A stretch of DNA of 63,932 nucleotides, filler included, from Neolecta irregularis DAH-3 (lineage: Eukaryota), in assembly GCA_001929475.1 (NCBI GenBank). It is 5 parts of 5 records of this genome, joined end to end, with 100 filler letters (N's around TTAATTAATTAA, not from the genome) between each part and the next. Parts side by side here need not be neighbours in the genome. Positions count along the whole stretch, not along the records: positions 61,246 to 62,705 come from LXFE01001076.1; positions 62,806 to 63,932 come from LXFE01001096.1; 3 more parts are not named here. The stretch is one strand, 5' to 3'. A program made the position numbers and the translations under genes. This document shows positions 61,588-63,932 of the stretch, in pieces. Position 1 is the stretch's first letter. The number at the start of each line of letters is the position of its first letter. The notes below the pieces were generated by a model that worked only from the letters and a program-made list of their open reading frames with translations, made no database searches and was not told the DNA's origin.

Positions 61588-62705
61588 ATGACATCTCGCC
61601 CGTCGACCTCGTATTCCAGCAAAACGACAACGGAGAACGATGACTTGTGGTCGACGATGCTCAATTCTGTATCCTCTTCTCAGCGCTTGCCAACCAAAAA
61701 TATCATCGTGTTGGGTAAAGCGGGGCCGTGAGGCGATACTGACGTCAGGGGGCGGAGCGAACGGGTGCAAGGATTTCGTGGATTCGTTGTGGAGCTCGAT
61801 TGGCGGAAAGAGGGGTCGCCGAATGGAAGATATTGCGGACAAATTAGCCATGGGATTCACGTATTTCGATATCGAGGACAACGAGCATGACGGTATTTAT
61901 ATATATATGCAAGCTTACGGAAGAATTGTTGGCGCGGTTGGGGTTGTATACGATGCCTACGTTCAACGAGTCGTATACGGCGCTGGTGGGGTCTATTTTG
62001 AATGCGGCATCGCTGCCGCATTGTGTGGTTTGTGTGCTGCTTGACTGGGAGCACCCGTGGACGTGGGCTCGGGAACTGCGAACGTGGATGAGGATGGTGA
62101 AGAAGGTAGTCGGGGTGGCGCGTCAAGGGAGCAGGGAAGCGGACGCGGCTGTGATGAGCAACATTGAGCAATGTTTGTGAATGTGGGATGCAGCTGACGG
62201 CAGGGGAGATGAAGATCCGGCTATTTGCGGAGAATCCAGCGGAGGGGATTCCGAATGACGTAGCGCTGCCGTTGAGTGCTGGGCAGTATGACGATCCGCT
62301 GGGGCTGCCGGTGATGTGTGTGTGTCAGAATGTATGCACGGACGAGTCGTGGCTAAGGGTAGGCTGATCGGATTGATGTGCTTGAGCGGGAGGCGGGGAT
62401 GAAGGAGGAGCAGTTTGATTTTATCCAGCAGTTTCTGCGGGTGGTGCTGCTCAAACGTGGGTGGCTATATTGCGTGTCTGACAGTAGACGGGGGGAGTCT
62501 GCTTTACACTACGCCTGAGGCGGACAAGGTGATTGTGGCGAGCCTGCAGCATTTGCTGGGGCTGCGGAATGTGGCGCCGCGGGCCAACGGGGTTGAGCGG
62601 CAGCATATCTACATTCCGAGTGGGTGGGACTCGTGGACCAAGGTGCGGGTGGTGCGGGAGTTTGACGTGGAGGGAGTGGCGTTAGGGTGGGGGGTGGATG
62701 TGGGG
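61588..62705 (+). CDS. Dynein light intermediate chain (3' end truncated by gap)
   Basis: DLWSTMLNSVSSSQRLPTKNIIVLG, LAMGFTYFDIED, LLDWEHPWTW, YDDPLGLPVMCVCQN, FDFIQQFLR and IYIPSGWDSWTKV. Confidence 0.88.
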
Positions 62706-62805
62706 NNNNNNNNNNNNNNNNNNNNNNNNNNNNNNNNNNNNNNNNNNNNTTAATTAATTAANNNNNNNNNNNNNNNNNNNNNNNNNNNNNNNNNNNNNNN
62801 NNNNN
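62706..62805. other. Assembly gap; true size must be much larger because most of XRN1 is missing
   Basis: N-run with linker between two convergent truncated genes. Confidence 0.9.
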
Positions 62806-63466
62806 TGCATGACGAATATACTCCATGATCTTGTGTTCCCCTTCTCCAGGCGTCTCAAGTCAGCAGCTATCATGAATGCAGAACGCACCTCATGACCTGA
62901 TAGTACAATCACCACACCACGCCAGGAAGCGTCGTCAGTGATCTTCTTGTTGATAAAATAGCGCAAATGATTCGAAAGTTTTGCCATGAACTCTGTTCCT
63001 AGATTGTCAATCAGGCAAGAGTTCTTTTAAAACCTGGCGTAATGCAATTGCTATCGAATGGAGCTTCAGCGGGAGGGTCCTCACCCTTCAGTATCATTTT
63101 ACGACGCGCCTTTTCAGCATTCTTTGCTGTTCGAAATCTTCGTCTTCGTTGTTGATTCATTTTGGCTCTTGGAGCCACGCCTACGAAATTTGAGCCTGCA
63201 ACCCTATTTTGCATACCGTCGATCGCCAGAAAGAACAATTTCTTAGGTTTGATCTTCTCAAACAAGTGTTCAATATAGCTGAAAATATTGATAAACATAC
63301 GAGCTTCTGAGATTTGAAGGGAATGTTCGTTATGTGACCACTTATGGATGATGCCATTCATATCCAGATACAAATTGTCGAATTCAGGGATGTGTGTAAA
63401 GGAAATCAACTGCGAACATGTGGGATAGCGCTCCGATAGCCATCGATAGAATTTGGGAATACCCAT
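62806..63466 (-). CDS. XRN1: 5'-3' exoribonuclease Xrn1 (5' part only; truncated by gap)
   Basis: MGIPKFYRWLSERYP, IPEFDNLYLDMNGIIH, DG|VAPRAKMNQQR, FDSNCITPG|TEFM and SGHE..GEGEHKIMEYIR. Confidence 0.93.
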
Positions 63467-63932
63467 ATTGATAACGAAGAGTAGTAGTCAGCGCGGTATT
63501 AATAAAGTCCCAACCAATATATCCTTCGTTTTAGAAAACCCAAATATTTGAAAACTGATCTTGAGATTTTTCGCCAAGCTTGCTTGCGCGATGGATTAAG
63601 AGCGCCGCTCATTCAAATGTTGAATTTAAATTGATTTGATATTGCTGCCATCATACAGAATGAACTATGACACCGGCAGTTTTGTTCTGACTGCACAATT
63701 CTGTCTATAAACCATACTCCTGTAACTTATTACCCCAAACCGCAGATAAATTGTTGTTAACCCTCAACCCTCTGGAAATCACTTCAGAATTGCTGGTAAT
63801 AACCAACCTGAAAAAGTAGCATCCAACCGTCCATATCACCGTCAACATCGGGGAAGGGGATTTAAAATCAACGACAATGTATACCCAGCAATTGGAGCGA
63901 TTGCTCTTTCAGTCAATATGGGCAAAGCTGCT

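Noticed and set aside
61588-63466. Truncated DLIC and XRN1 as pseudogenes
   Set aside because: Both frames are intact up to the assembly gap, so the truncation is an assembly artefact.

Overview
Gene-dense fungal genomic DNA (early-diverging ascomycete, Taphrinomycotina-like; Neolecta is my best guess, inferred from gene content and very short 34-46 nt introns with weak donors). It carries about 30 intron-containing, mostly housekeeping genes: Rpn6, a SWIB/BAF60 subunit, mito-SerRS, CCT3, Spb4, RPS2, mito-uL13, Pkh/Ksg1, a minimal verprolin, a TBC RabGAP, INCENP, an MBOAT, Bfr1, Git1, Cdc45, zeta-COP, a Yvc1-like TRP channel, a Rua1-like protein, Mrh4, Drs2, an F-box/WD40 protein, Rmd1, CTP synthase, dynein light intermediate chain and Xrn1. 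There is also an intron-containing tRNA-Val(CAC) and four N-gaps with TTAATTAATTAA linkers. The highlights are: (1) a single ~994-aa fusion of a plant-type GDP-mannose 3,5-epimerase with two glycosyltransferase domains and a membrane anchor, next to transposon remnants; (2) a CTP synthase gene that needs an AT-AC intron and also has a GC-AG intron and a long hairpin-containing intron; (3) two paralogous Cys-rich secreted proteins bracketed by two related solo LTRs, each with its own 5-bp target-site duplication; (4) hAT-like termini, frequent GC-AG introns and promoter repeat arrays. Exon boundaries were inferred by eye and protein identities from remembered family motifs; no database searches were run.
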